DNA from: Candidatus Methanophagales archaeon
Lineage (GTDB): Archaea; Halobacteriota; Syntropharchaeia; Alkanophagales; Methanospirareceae
DNA length: 59,395 bases
Reading direction: 5' to 3'
Assembly: GCA_014859735.1 (NCBI GenBank)
Contig: JACUTR010000001.1
Coordinates: 1 to 59,395, forward strand
Shown: piece after piece, positions 19,758 to 34,374 of the stretch
Layout of the letters: each line of letters begins with the position of its first letter
Numbering within the stretch: the stretch's first letter is position 1
Made by a program: the position numbers and the translations under genes
Notes under the pieces: generated by a model
What the model saw: the letters and a program-made list of their open reading frames with translations, nothing else
Database searches by the model: none
Told to the model about the DNA's origin: nothing

Positions 19758-19943
19758 ATGAAGTCACAGATAAGGAAATGTGGAGCGTGTGGAGAATATA
19801 CCTTGAAGGAGGTTTGCGAGAAGTGTGGAGGAGTGACAGAGAATCCACTACCTCCAAGGTTCTCCCCGAAAGATCCGTATGGGAAGTATAGAAGGATGAT
19901 GAAATATGCAAGAGATAGAAATACGCGAGCTAAAAAAGGTTAA
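19758..19943 (+). CDS. nop10: H/ACA RNP protein Nop10
   Basis: IRKCGACGEYTLK, PPRFSPKDPYGKYRR. Confidence 0.95.
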   Translation: MKSQIRKCGACGEYTLKEVCEKCGGVTENPLPPRFSPKDPYGKYRRMMKYARDRNTRAKKG

Positions 19944-20664
19944 ATTGAAGAAGCCCGTGATGATCGAGGGGCTCCCGGGAGTGGGGAACGTCGGAAAATT
20001 GGTAGCTGAGCATATAATACATGAGCTGAATGCCGAGAAGATCATTGAGATCTACTCATGGCATTTTCCACCACAAGTATTGGTAAATAACGATGGAACA
20101 GTTCGTTTAAGCAAATATGAGTTCTATGCATGGAAATCAGAGAAGCAGGACTTATTGATTCTCAGCGGGGACCAGCAGAGCGTCACCAATGAGGGGCATT
20201 ATCTTCTCGCCGAGGCCGTGCTTGACATCGTAGAACAGTATGAGGTTTCCCGCATCTACACACTGGGAGGATATGGCATAGGTCAGCTTGTGGAAAGACA
20301 AAAGGTGCTTGGGGCCGCGAATGAAGCTGAACTTGTCGAGGAGATGAAGAGATATGGAGTGGAATTCAGAGAGGAAGAACCGGGGGGAAGTATAGTAGGA
20401 GCTTCAGGGCTTTTGTTGGGTCTCGGGAAGCTGCGGGATATTCCAGCGGTGTGTTTGCTGGGCCTTACCTCGGGTTATTTAGTCGATCCGAAGAGCGCAC
20501 AGGCAGTTCTCGAAATATTGTGCCGTGCATTGGATCTCGAAATAGACATGCAGGCTTTGAAAGACCGTGCAGAAGAGATGGAAAAAGTCGTCGAGCGACT
20601 GAAAGAGATGGAACAAGCGCAGATTCCGAGGAGGAGAGAGGAAGAGTTAGAATATATCCGGTAA
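19906..20664 (+). CDS. PAC2-family proteasome assembly chaperone
   Basis: GLPGVGNVGKL, HFPPQV, GASGLLLG, C-terminal YI motif; conserved position after nop10. Confidence 0.92.
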   Translation: MQEIEIRELKKVKLKKPVMIEGLPGVGNVGKLVAEHIIHELNAEKIIEIYSWHFPPQVLVNNDGTVRLSKYEFYAWKSEKQDLLILSGDQQSVTNEGHYLLAEAVLDIVEQYEVSRIYTLGGYGIGQLVERQKVLGAANEAELVEEMKRYGVEFREEEPGGSIVGASGLLLGLGKLRDIPAVCLLGLTSGYLVDPKSAQAVLEILCRALDLEIDMQALKDRAEEMEKVVERLKEMEQAQIPRRREEELEYIR

Positions 20665-20669
20665 GTTTA

Positions 20670-20764
20670 AAAAATCCCAAATCCCAATATAGGCGAGAAA
20701 TACAAAATCTAAATACTACCAAATTCTTGGGATTTGGAAATAGGGATTTACTTGGGATTTGGTA
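20670..20764. repeat. Inverted array of short (aaatccc / gggattt-type) repeats
   Basis: aaatcccaaatccc...ttgggatttgg...ttgggatttgg. Confidence 0.65.
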
Positions 20765-20831
20765 GTGGGGCCCCGCCCCACGGCCCCGAAAACCCTGTAA
20801 GGGTTTACCTGAAAGGCTCAGTAAGGGCTTA
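20765..20831. repeat. GC-rich palindromic repeat, copy B
   Basis: gtggggccccgccccac...aaaccctgtaagggttt.cctgaaaggctcagtaagggctta. Confidence 0.85.
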
Positions 20832-20856
20832 TGTGACATTGGGATTTTCGCTGACG

Positions 20857-22032
20857 TCAGGCGGACTCAGATGTTAGTATCTTCAGAGATGTCGGTATTT
20901 TAACGACATCGCCCATTTTAATCCCTACCACGTATTCCAAATCCTTCTCTTTTGCGATATCCACGATCCTTTGTGTGATTACACCGTCAAACACCACGCT
21001 CTTTGCATTATCGTTCGTATCCTTCAATTCTTTTGCGAGGTCTCTGACCGTCGTCTCCTTTAGTATGTTCTTCTCTTTGTCTAACAATCGTGCCTTAAAC
21101 GTGCCTTCGAGTTCTTCGAGATGGGTTTTAAAGGGGTTCGGAGCTTTTTCCTCTTTCTCTTCTTTGGTCTTCTTTCTTTGGATTACTCTCTGCTGCTCCT
21201 GTTCTTGCTCCTTCTTCTCACCAACGTATCCTTCCTGCTCCACGGGTGTTTTGTTATGCAGTGCTTTCATTATCTCTTTGTACGTCATGTCCTCCACACT
21301 CCTCCCCTCGGGCGCTAATGCGATATAATCGATATCAGCGACCTGTAAGAGCTCCTTTAAGATGAGGTCACCGCCTCGGTCACCGTCGACGAACGCGGTA
21401 ACCGTCTTTCTCTTGCTCAGTTTATTTATTACCGGGGATATATTCGTGCCTTCTACCGCGATTGCATTTTTAATCCCATATTTAAGCAGATTTAACACAT
21501 CTGCTCTTCCCTCTACCACTAATATGGCATCAGAACTCTCTACATTCGGTCCTGCCGGCAATCCCTTATAACTCGATATCTCTTCCATTCTCACTGCCTG
21601 CTTCACTTCACTCACCATCATCTCACTCTCTATACCTTTCTCGATAGATTCATGCATCAGCAGTTTTGCTCGCTCTACTATCTTCTTTCTCTTTGTCGCT
21701 CTTATGTCCTCTACCTTGGTAACTACCACCTTCGCAATACAGGGACCTACTCGATCGATGGTCTCTAACGAAGCAGCCAGTATCGCGGTTTCAACCTTGT
21801 CCAAACCAGAGGGTATGAGTATCTCTCCACTTGATTTCCCGCCTTTCGACTCCACGTTCACCTCTATTCTGCCAATTCGGCTACTCTTCTGCAAGTCTCT
21901 CAGGTCCAATTCTTCACCCAATAACCCCTCTGTCTGACCAAATATTGCACCCACCACATCGGATTTCTCGACAAAACCCTCAGCTGTGATGTTAGCATGA
22001 ATAACATATTTTGTTGTATCTACATCGTGCAT
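20857..22032 (-). CDS. dnaG: Archaeal DnaG (TOPRIM primase-like, exosome-associated)
   Basis: DVVGAIFGQTEGLLG, VEGRADV and DGDRGG. Start taken at ATG 22032 (MHDVDTTKY). Confidence 0.95.
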   Translation of the reverse strand: MHDVDTTKYVIHANITAEGFVEKSDVVGAIFGQTEGLLGEELDLRDLQKSSRIGRIEVNVESKGGKSSGEILIPSGLDKVETAILAASLETIDRVGPCIAKVVVTKVEDIRATKRKKIVERAKLLMHESIEKGIESEMMVSEVKQAVRMEEISSYKGLPAGPNVESSDAILVVEGRADVLNLLKYGIKNAIAVEGTNISPVINKLSKRKTVTAFVDGDRGGDLILKELLQVADIDYIALAPEGRSVEDMTYKEIMKALHNKTPVEQEGYVGEKKEQEQEQQRVIQRKKTKEEKEEKAPNPFKTHLEELEGTFKARLLDKEKNILKETTVRDLAKELKDTNDNAKSVVFDGVITQRIVDIAKEKDLEYVVGIKMGDVVKIPTSLKILTSESA

Positions 22033-22248
22033 TTTATTTCTCTCCTCAAACGTTTCATCTCCTTTATCTTTTAACTTTGCCACCGCTCTATCTATCTTGG
22101 TTGGCAAACAGAATTTTTCCCGATATATATATGGTGAGGATAAAAGATAAACGTTGAACATAGGAGGTAAGAATATAAATCAAGAGAATCGAGTTTTCAC
22201 GAGATACACGCATAGTACTACTTAAAATCTTCAGAGGAGTTACTGGAA

Positions 22249-22322
22249 TGGGCTCGATGCGATTCGAACGCATGACCTCCGCCTCGTGAAGGCGGTGTCA
22301 TAACCAGCTAGACCACGAGCCC
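22249..22322 (-). tRNA. tRNA-Val(CAC)
   Basis: Cloverleaf gggctcg...ccgcc-tt-CAC-ga-ggcgg...gttcgaatc...cgagccca. Confidence 0.96.
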
Positions 22323-22403
22323 TTCACTCTTTATTTAATTAGAGAATAAAAATGGAGTGATTTAAATAACTTTTCGTGTACAATCCAGAGGTAAGAGAAA
22401 AGC

Positions 22404-23603
22404 ATGAAGATAAAAGTGGTGAAAGGTGGAATCTGTGCTGCGAAAGGAGTAAGAGCATACGGAATAAAAGAAGGGACTAAGGGGTTAGCCTTGATGGAAG
22501 GGGAAGGAAGAGCGGTAGGTATGTTTACTTCAAATAACCTAAAAGCTGCACCGGTGAGGTATACGAAGAAGCAGCTTGAGACAGGAAGAATAAGCGCGAT
22601 AATAGCAAATAGTGGCTCTGCGAATAGTTTCACCGGCGAGCGGGGGATGAGGAATGCAGAAAGAATGGCAGAGCTCGCTTCGTCATGTTTAGGTGTTGAG
22701 CGAGAGGAGGTAGCTGTCGCGTCTACCGGTCCTATTGGGGTACAACTGGATATGGACTTAATAGAACGGCAGCTTGGAGAAGTTGTGAGAGGGTTGACTT
22801 CCGGAGAAGGCGGGAGCACGGCAGCAGCGAAGGCTCTAATGACCACGGACACCTTCCCTAAGGAGAAGGCGGTACGCATCGATACGGGCACGGATGAGCG
22901 GGTGGCAATAGGAGGAATAGCAAAAGGCGCGGGGATGATATTCCCTCATCTTGCTACCGCTACCATGCTCTCTTTTATTTATACCGATGCTTCTCTGGAG
23001 GAAGAAGTCCTGGGCAGGAGTTTGAAAGAAGCAGTTGACAATTCATTCAATATGGTGGTAGTGGATGGCGATATGAGCACGAACGACATGGTATTGCTTG
23101 TATCCACGGGGAGGAGTGGTAAGATAAGCGAAGAGGATTTCAAAGCGGGGTTAACTTTTGTGTGCCAGGAGCTTGCGAAGCTGATGGCGAAGGATGGCGA
23201 AGGGGCAACGAAGTTCATCGAGGTGAGAGTAAAAGGTGCTCCCTCCACTGCGGATGCAAGGGAGGTAGCACGGTCAATACTCAGGTCACCGTTAGTGAAA
23301 AGTGCTCTCTTTGGTGAACGCCCTGACCTTACCTGTGGTCGTATAATAGCAGCAATCGGGAGTTCAGCTCTCGCCGGAGCTGTCGACCCCAAGAGGATAT
23401 CTATACGCGTGAAAAGCGATAAGGAGATTTTAGCAGTGAAGAACGGCGAATTTATGGATCTTTTTGGGTTGGCAAGAACCATAATGAAGGGTAAGGAGCT
23501 CTTCATCGAGGTGGATCTAGGAACTGGAGAAGAAGTGGAGGCGAGAGCGTGGGGTTGCGATTTAACCTATGATTATGTCAGAATAAATGCGGGCTTGCAT
23601 TAA
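22404..23603 (+). CDS. argJ: Ornithine acetyltransferase ArgJ
   Basis: MTTDTFPK, KGAGMI, ATMLSF, VDGDMSTND, DGEGATK and WGCDLTYDYV. Confidence 0.96.
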   Translation: MKIKVVKGGICAAKGVRAYGIKEGTKGLALMEGEGRAVGMFTSNNLKAAPVRYTKKQLETGRISAIIANSGSANSFTGERGMRNAERMAELASSCLGVEREEVAVASTGPIGVQLDMDLIERQLGEVVRGLTSGEGGSTAAAKALMTTDTFPKEKAVRIDTGTDERVAIGGIAKGAGMIFPHLATATMLSFIYTDASLEEEVLGRSLKEAVDNSFNMVVVDGDMSTNDMVLLVSTGRSGKISEEDFKAGLTFVCQELAKLMAKDGEGATKFIEVRVKGAPSTADAREVARSILRSPLVKSALFGERPDLTCGRIIAAIGSSALAGAVDPKRISIRVKSDKEILAVKNGEFMDLFGLARTIMKGKELFIEVDLGTGEEVEARAWGCDLTYDYVRINAGLH

Positions 23604-23680
23604 GGGAGTATCAGGTACTTACGATTTCGACCATGATCATCCTTCTCAACTTCTCACTTTTACGATTCGGAATGTGGGAT

Positions 23681-24283
23681 TTAGTTCGGATTTGTTGTTG
23701 AAGCAAGAACTTTTCGCGTAGCTTCTTCATTTATCTCTTCATACAGGCTATTACCGTGGGCATCTATGCCGAGCACAAGCGGACCGAAATCTTCGACAAG
23801 GAGATGCCATACTGCCTCAGCCATACCGAGGTCAGCCCAATATACCGCTTTTACCGCTTTTATACGTATAGCAGCCAAGACTGCTGCACCACCCGGTATC
23901 GCGAAATATACACAGCCATATTTCTGCAGTGCTTCTCGCGTTGCAATCCCCATGCCTCCTTTTCCTATTATGCCTCGAATCCGCAGCGTTTCTATTACTT
24001 GTGGCGTTGTCGCTTCCATTCGTGAGCTGGTGGTAGGACCGGCTGCTATAATCTCCCCGCCTCCGGTGCTATTCTTCCTCACGAGCGGACCGCAGTGATA
24101 CAGCACAGCGCCTTTTTCTATCGGTATATCCTCTTCTGCATCCGTGATTGTATATTCTATGATTCGATTATGCGCTTTGTCCCTCGCGGTATATACGTCG
24201 CCACTGAGATATACGATATCCCCCACCTGCAATTCCTTTATCTCTTCTTCCTTGAGCGGTGTGAATAATCTCTTTTTCATCAT
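23681..24283 (-). CDS. Fe-S fumarate hydratase / tartrate dehydratase beta subunit
   Basis: TARDKAH, YHCGP, AGPTTSSRM, IGKGGM and DLGMAEAVW. Confidence 0.92.
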   Translation of the reverse strand: MMKKRLFTPLKEEEIKELQVGDIVYLSGDVYTARDKAHNRIIEYTITDAEEDIPIEKGAVLYHCGPLVRKNSTGGGEIIAAGPTTSSRMEATTPQVIETLRIRGIIGKGGMGIATREALQKYGCVYFAIPGGAAVLAAIRIKAVKAVYWADLGMAEAVWHLLVEDFGPLVLGIDAHGNSLYEEINEEATRKVLASTTNPN

Positions 24284-24326
24284 TGCACTTTCTTTCTAAA
24301 GAAAGAACCTGCACTAAGAAAGAGTA
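24281..24326. repeat. AT-rich palindromic repeat
   Basis: gcactttctttctaaagaaagaacctgcactaa resembles gcactttttcttttaaaagaaaacctgcactaa at ~31399. Confidence 0.75.
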
Positions 24327-24509
24327 TAATTCTTCTGACATTTGGAATTAGCAAATGTAGATGATAGAAATAGTGCTTATTTTTAACAATATAACAATTA
24401 GTTAACTATAAGTAACACCAATAAAATTATTGTATTACCTTTTTAATACAAAGATAAGGTGAAAGGTGTGGAAAAGATAAAAGCGTGAATATAAAAAGGT
24501 GTCCCCTGC

Positions 24510-24908
24510 GTGGTGCGAATCCATGACAGGGCGAAAAGGCGAAGAAGGAAGGCGAGGCGTCGAGGAGGGGCGCTTAAATATACAGATGATACAAACCGGG
24601 CCGATCACAAAGACCCATTTTTGTATGTAGGTGATAGTGCAGTGTGGTGGGATACGGGAATTACAACGAATTGGCGAGGGAGCAATCCTGTGCGGGAGAG
24701 CGAATACGAACTAGGCGATGTGGATCTGTGCTGGCTTGAGCAGGTGTATAAAGAAGAGAGATCCTCAGGAATGTATCCGTGTCTTCGCATCTATATTGGC
24801 GGAACGGAAGAAATCGGGGTTACTTTCGTAGTATTTGTAGACTTAGAAGAGGAACGAGTGATTCACGTAGGCCACGATTATCGTAGAGGGCCACCGCTAG
24901 CGCCGTAA
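24510..24908 (+). pseudogene. Probable gene remnant / hypothetical protein
   Basis: The C-terminal half looks protein-like (YPCLRIYIG...VFVDLEEERVIHV). The N-terminus is implausibly Arg-rich with a GTG start. Confidence 0.35.
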
Positions 24909-25109
24909 TTGATGGAACTCAGATGGTTTTCAGCTTGATTTATCTTTTAATAATTAGTATGGGGATTGAGCGTTAATTTGAGTGTTTTTTGAACTTTTCT
25001 TGTACCCTGTGCTCACACCCCTTTATTCCCGTTCAAACATGCCCACGGATTGCTATAACGGGGTTATGGTCAGCATTATGCTTTATAACTAAGCTTTTCA
25101 ATTCAATAC

Positions 25110-26414
25110 GTGATGAGCATGCAAGATGATCTGCGAAAGCCTTTCGAGGAAGTAAATAAGCCTGAAGAACTCGCTTTGGAGTATCATTCTCGCTATAACG
25201 GAAAGATAGAGATAGGACTGAAGGTTCCAATTCGCAGTTATGATGAGTTTGCGATATGGTACACGCCGGGTGTGGCAGAGCCGTGTAGAGCGATAAAAGA
25301 TAGTCGAGAGCGTGTATATGAGTACACGGGTAAGGGAAATTTTGTGGCAATAATCACCGATGGAACGAGGGTCTTGGGATTGGGTGATGTAGGGCCGGAG
25401 GCGGCACTTCCGGTGATGGAAGGCAAAGCCCTGCTCTTTAAGTACTTGGGTGGTGTGGATGCGTTTCCCATCTGTTTGGCGACGAAGGATGTGGAGGAGA
25501 TACTAAATATCGTGAAGTGGATTGCCCCGACTTTTGGGGGTATCAATTTAGAGGACATAGCAAGTCCAAAGTGCTACTACCTCCTGGAGCGGCTAAAAGA
25601 GGAATTAAATGTGCCGGTATGGCATGATGACCAGCAAGGCACCGCATTGGTGATACTTGGAGGGTTGATAAATGCCTTGAACGTAGTTGGGAAGAGCTTG
25701 CAAGAGGTGACGATATCGCTGGTAGGCGCGGGTGCAGCGAATATGAGCGTTGCAAAATACGTGCACAAAGCAGGTGCAAAGTGGGGAAATATGGTCATGG
25801 TGGATAGCAAGGGGATATTGAATACTGAGCGGGTGGATGTGAAGGGGGATAGAACTAAGTGGGAAATCAGCCAGAAGACGAACAAAGAAGGTAGAAAGGG
25901 AGGTATCAAGGAGGCGATGCGTGATACCGACGTGTGCATCGCGCTTTCAACGCCCGGGCCGGGTGTAATAAAAAAGGAGTGGGTAGCTGATATGGCTGAC
26001 GATGCGATCGTATTCGCCTGCGCAAATCCCGTGCCGGAGGTATGGCCATGGGAGGCAGAGGAGGGTGGAGCGAAGATAGTTGCCACGGGAAGGTCGGACT
26101 TCAAGAATCAAATAAATAATTCTTTAGGTTTTCCAGCAGTTTTCAGGGGCGCTTTGGACGTCCGTGCTACGTGTATAACAGATGAGATGTGTCTGGAGGC
26201 GGCGTATGCGATAGCGAGCTATACCGAAGAGAAAGGTATACGTGAGGACTTTATAATTCCGAGGATGGAGGAGAGAGAGATGTACGTGTGCGAAGCAGTA
26301 GCAGTGGGTATGAAGGCGATAACGCAGGGAGTGGCTAAGAGGAAGATGAGCAGGGAGGAATTAGAGGAGGCTGTGCGAAAGAGGATAGTTAGCAAAACGG
26401 CGAAAACTTTTTAA
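25110..26414 (+). CDS. NAD(P)-dependent malic enzyme
   Basis: YTPGVA, DGTRVLGLG, PVMEGKALLFK, LEDI, HDDQQGTA, ANPVPE and NQINN. Confidence 0.95.
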   Translation: MMSMQDDLRKPFEEVNKPEELALEYHSRYNGKIEIGLKVPIRSYDEFAIWYTPGVAEPCRAIKDSRERVYEYTGKGNFVAIITDGTRVLGLGDVGPEAALPVMEGKALLFKYLGGVDAFPICLATKDVEEILNIVKWIAPTFGGINLEDIASPKCYYLLERLKEELNVPVWHDDQQGTALVILGGLINALNVVGKSLQEVTISLVGAGAANMSVAKYVHKAGAKWGNMVMVDSKGILNTERVDVKGDRTKWEISQKTNKEGRKGGIKEAMRDTDVCIALSTPGPGVIKKEWVADMADDAIVFACANPVPEVWPWEAEEGGAKIVATGRSDFKNQINNSLGFPAVFRGALDVRATCITDEMCLEAAYAIASYTEEKGIREDFIIPRMEEREMYVCEAVAVGMKAITQGVAKRKMSREELEEAVRKRIVSKTAKTF

Positions 26415-26415
26415 G
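26401..26415 (+). promoter_or_regulatory. Probable BRE-TATA of the rRNA operon
   Basis: cgaaaa-ctttttaag about 230 bp upstream of 16S, overlapping the malic enzyme stop codon. Confidence 0.45.
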
Positions 26416-26570
26416 GTGTTAAGCCCAATATATATATGTGGCAACCGGCGTCGGCTTCGATTACGGGGATACCCAGAAGATGAGAAGCGGACTTCTGCTA
26501 CGCGACAAAGATAGGACTAAATGGGGACACGAAGAGAAGAAAATTTCGTGTCCGACATGGATACTTGAAC

Positions 26571-26602
26571 CTAATCTGACGAACCAGTAAATCTGATTGG
26601 TT
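26571..26602 (+). other. 16S pre-rRNA processing stem (5' arm, bulge-helix-bulge type)
   Basis: taatctgacga...tctgattggtt pairs with aaccaatcaga...tcgtcagatta at ~28132-28162. Confidence 0.8.
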
Positions 26603-26635
26603 AAGTCAGGTGTGTGTCAAACCCTGCTAATTTTA

Positions 26636-28122
<1,487 letters not shown>

Positions 28123-28218
28123 AAATTTACCAACCAATCAGAGCTGAAAGATCGTCAGATTAAGTTTAAGTTTTACATGTGAGCAGGGTAAATATAATAA
28201 ATAGCTGGGATAACTTCG

Positions 28219-28290
28219 GGGCTCGTAGATCAGTGGAAGATCGTCGCCTTTGCGAGGCGAAGGCCCTGGGTTCAAATCCCAGCGAGTCCA
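28219..28290 (+). tRNA. tRNA-Ala(TGC) in the ITS
   Basis: gggctcg...tcgcc-tt-TGC-ga-ggcga...ggttcaaatcc...cgagtcca. Confidence 0.97.
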
Positions 28291-28436
28291 TTTTTGAGGA
28301 AGGTAAATAAATGCACCTAACGACCTCGGTTGTTAGGGAAGTTACGGATGGCAGTTGTTTCACACTACTGTCAGATGAAGTTCTCATACGCACTTTGCAT
28401 CTCTGACATCCAATGAGCTCAGTGATGCTGGTGAAC

Positions 28437-31362
<2,926 letters not shown>

Positions 31363-31398
31363 TTTTACTGGGCTCAGATGAAATCAGAGTTGCAAAGT

Positions 31399-31503
31399 GC
31401 ACTTTTTCTTTAAAAGAAAACCTGCACTAAAAGAATAACCTCATGCTTTTTGCGGTAGAAAGTTTTTCTTTGATCAAACTTTCTTTTTGAAAAAGAAAGT
31501 TTG
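31399..31503. repeat. AT-rich palindromic repeat between 23S and tRNA-Cys
   Basis: The left half matches ~24285-24320 and the right half matches 8456-8492. Confidence 0.8.
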
Positions 31504-31504
31504 A

Positions 31505-31577
31505 GCCAAGGTGGCGGAGAGGCTGACGCGGCTGACTGCAGATCAGCTATACCCCGGTTCAATTCCGGGCCTTGGCT
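31505..31577 (+). tRNA. tRNA-Cys(GCA)
   Basis: gccaagg...gctga-ct-GCA-ga-tcagc...ggttcaattcc...ccttggct. Confidence 0.97.
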
Positions 31578-31737
31578 TCCTTGGCTTGGCACGATCTGCA
31601 TTTGATTGCCGAACCTCTTGTGAATTATTGTTTGAGATTTATTATAGGACTGGAAGTGGGGTAGAAAACATTATATAGAGTTAGCATAAATGTGAATTTG
31701 TCTTTGTTTATTTCCCCTTACGTGCGGTGGAAGAAAG

Positions 31738-32004
31738 ATGGAAATAAGAGTTTATACGACGAAAATATGCCCAAATTGTAAAAAAGTCAAAGAGTTTTTA
31801 GCAGCGGAAGGGGAAGCGTATGAGGAAGTGGATATCACAACGGTGGAAGCGCTTACTGAGTTAAGATTGAATGGGGTTTTCGCGCCCTTTGCCCCTGTTC
31901 TTCAGATTGGTTCGACTTTTCTTACGAATCATGATTTATTTGACGGTGATGAGTTGCGAAAAGGAAGAATTAAAGAAGTGATTAAGCGAGAGGGATTGGC
32001 ATGA
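31738..32004 (+). CDS. Glutaredoxin/NrdH-like redoxin
   Basis: CPNC motif; overlaps the nrdD start. Confidence 0.88.
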   Translation: MEIRVYTTKICPNCKKVKEFLAAEGEAYEEVDITTVEALTELRLNGVFAPFAPVLQIGSTFLTNHDLFDGDELRKGRIKEVIKREGLA

Positions 32005-34292
32005 AAAAAGGCTTTAATATGGATAATGGCACGGTGCAAACCACGCTGGACGGCATGAAATTGCGATTCCCGAAGGTAAGAACCAGCGATGGGCACATGC
32101 TGGAGTGGGACAGAGAAGCAATTGTAAAACAGCTTTTACGTGAAACCAAATTAAGTGAGGAGTTTTATAGCAGTTCACCGATAGACAATAACACGGCGCG
32201 GGAGATAGCGAAGGAGGCTGAGAAGAGGATAAAAGTAATGGGTATCTCCCAGCTCTCCGGTGCGTTAGTACGGGAAATAGTAAACCAGATTTTATTGGAG
32301 GAGTATCATAAGCAGGAGTGGCGGAATATATGCACGAGGGTTGGCACGCCGGTCTACGATGCGCATCTCATTGATATAGGCGAAGGATTTGAGGCGAAGG
32401 AGAATGCAAATCTGCAGGAGAATGCCGAGACGTCACATAAGAAGAAAGCGGACAAGATTTGCAAGGAACAATACTTGTTACTCTTACCATCCCAGCTTGC
32501 AGATGCACACCTCAGTGGTGATGTGCATATCCATGACCTTGAATATTTCGGGACGAGGGGTTTTTGTCAAGACTGGGACCTCCGTTACTTCTTCTATTAT
32601 GGCTTAATGCCCGATGGTTCGGGGACAAAAGCATCGGTAGCTGGACCTGCGAAGAAGCCTGAGGTCGCCATCCTGCACGCCGTGAAGACGTTGGGGAGTG
32701 CACAGACCAACTTCGCAGGTGGGCAAGGCTTTTTTAACTTTCTTTCCTTCATAGCCCCGTATTTTGAAGGACTTTCCTACGAGGAGATCGAGCAACTGAT
32801 GCAGATGTTCGTCTATGAAATGACGCAGATGCAAGTTGCACGCGGAGGTCAATTGGTCTTCTCTTCGGTTCAGCTCACCCCCGGTATTCCCCGGGTATGG
32901 AGAGATAAACCAGTAGTTTATAAAGGAGAGGTCTGGAATGGCGAGCATGTGCCGCTTCGAACATACGGTGAGTTTGAACGAGAGGTGCGGTTGGCGTTCA
33001 AGGCGCTTATGAACGTAATGCTCCAGGGAGATTATTGGGGGAAGCCCTTTAACTTCCCGAAGCCGGAGATAGCGATAGAGCGGGATTTCCTGGTAGAGGA
33101 TGAGGAATACAATCAGAGGAATCCGGATTTGCCTACCTATGAAGAACTTTATGATTTAGCCTTTGAGCTGACGGCAAAGTATGGTACGCCGTACTTCGAT
33201 AATAAGATCCCGGAGTATAGAGGCGCTGGGGAAGGAGTTTCGTGCTACCAATGCTGTGCGTACAGTTTCAAAACGTCGCCTGATGATGAGGATTTTCAGG
33301 ATAAGATGTATTTCCGTAATGGCGAGCACTTCTCGATGGGCGGCTGGCAGGTAATAACGATAAACTGTCCGAGAGCGGCTTATCGAGCGAATGGAGATGA
33401 TGAGAAGCTGTTTGCGGAACTGAGAAGGATGATGGCCCTCGCGGTAGAGGTATTAAAGGTGAAGAAGCGATGGATGAAAGCGATCGTTGAAAGCGGACGG
33501 ATGCCGTTTGCTACACAACGACCTAAAGATCCGCACACGGGCGAAAAAGGAACTAGGGCGGTTTATCTTGATGAGCTCGTGTATATCATCGGCGTGGTAG
33601 GCATAAATGAGATGGTGCAGTACCATTACGGCAAGCAAATACACGAAGACAAGGGTGCTTTACGGCTTGCGGTACGGGCAATGACGGAGCTGGAGCTGTA
33701 TGCGAAGGAGCTCTCGAAACGGGAAGGTATGACGATAAGTTTTGCACGCACTCCTGCAGAAACGGTCTCGCAGCGATTCGCCGTGGCAGACCTCTTGAAT
33801 AAGGAATTCAGGGATAAAGCGCGGAAAGTAGTGAAAGGGGATGTTGAACGCGCTCTTTCGCTTATACATGAGACGCGCGACCTGCCGATTTACTATACGA
33901 ATGGGACGCATGTGCCTCCGAATGCTACTATCTCGCTTGCAGAGCGGATAAAGATCGAGCATATCTTCTTTCCCATTGTTGACGGTGGGAACATCATGCA
34001 TATCTTCCTTGGCGAGGGGTATCCTGATCCGCAAGGGATAAAGAGCCTTGCGGTGAAGATCGCAAAGAAGACGCAAACGGGCTATTATGCATTTACCAAG
34101 GATATGACAGTCTGCATGGACTGCTCGCACGTCACCATGGGGTTGATAGAGGAGTGTGAGAAGTGCGGGTCTAAAAACCTCGATTATATATCACGAATAA
34201 CCGGCTATCTGCAGGCGGTGAGCGGGTGGAACGAGGGCAAGAAGCAGGAGTTGCTCGATCGGATGCGGTATGGTGGGAATGAGATAAGGTGA
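32001..34292 (+). CDS. nrdD: Anaerobic (class III) ribonucleoside-triphosphate reductase
   Basis: ATP cone, HIHDLEY, CYQCC, TPAE, CMDC..CEKC zinc site and the RITGY glycyl-radical loop. Confidence 0.96.
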   Translation: MKKGFNMDNGTVQTTLDGMKLRFPKVRTSDGHMLEWDREAIVKQLLRETKLSEEFYSSSPIDNNTAREIAKEAEKRIKVMGISQLSGALVREIVNQILLEEYHKQEWRNICTRVGTPVYDAHLIDIGEGFEAKENANLQENAETSHKKKADKICKEQYLLLLPSQLADAHLSGDVHIHDLEYFGTRGFCQDWDLRYFFYYGLMPDGSGTKASVAGPAKKPEVAILHAVKTLGSAQTNFAGGQGFFNFLSFIAPYFEGLSYEEIEQLMQMFVYEMTQMQVARGGQLVFSSVQLTPGIPRVWRDKPVVYKGEVWNGEHVPLRTYGEFEREVRLAFKALMNVMLQGDYWGKPFNFPKPEIAIERDFLVEDEEYNQRNPDLPTYEELYDLAFELTAKYGTPYFDNKIPEYRGAGEGVSCYQCCAYSFKTSPDDEDFQDKMYFRNGEHFSMGGWQVITINCPRAAYRANGDDEKLFAELRRMMALAVEVLKVKKRWMKAIVESGRMPFATQRPKDPHTGEKGTRAVYLDELVYIIGVVGINEMVQYHYGKQIHEDKGALRLAVRAMTELELYAKELSKREGMTISFARTPAETVSQRFAVADLLNKEFRDKARKVVKGDVERALSLIHETRDLPIYYTNGTHVPPNATISLAERIKIEHIFFPIVDGGNIMHIFLGEGYPDPQGIKSLAVKIAKKTQTGYYAFTKDMTVCMDCSHVTMGLIEECEKCGSKNLDYISRITGYLQAVSGWNEGKKQELLDRMRYGGNEIR

Positions 34293-34374
34293 TAGGACCT
34301 CTTAAAAAATGGATGATCTGCAATTTCGGGCTATCCAAAAAAGAAATTAAAACAGAGGATAGAGTAGCGGAATA

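Noticed and set aside
23610..23670. Possible box C/D sRNA on the minus strand
   Set aside because: The C box is degenerate and I found no guide complementarity to the rRNAs in the window.
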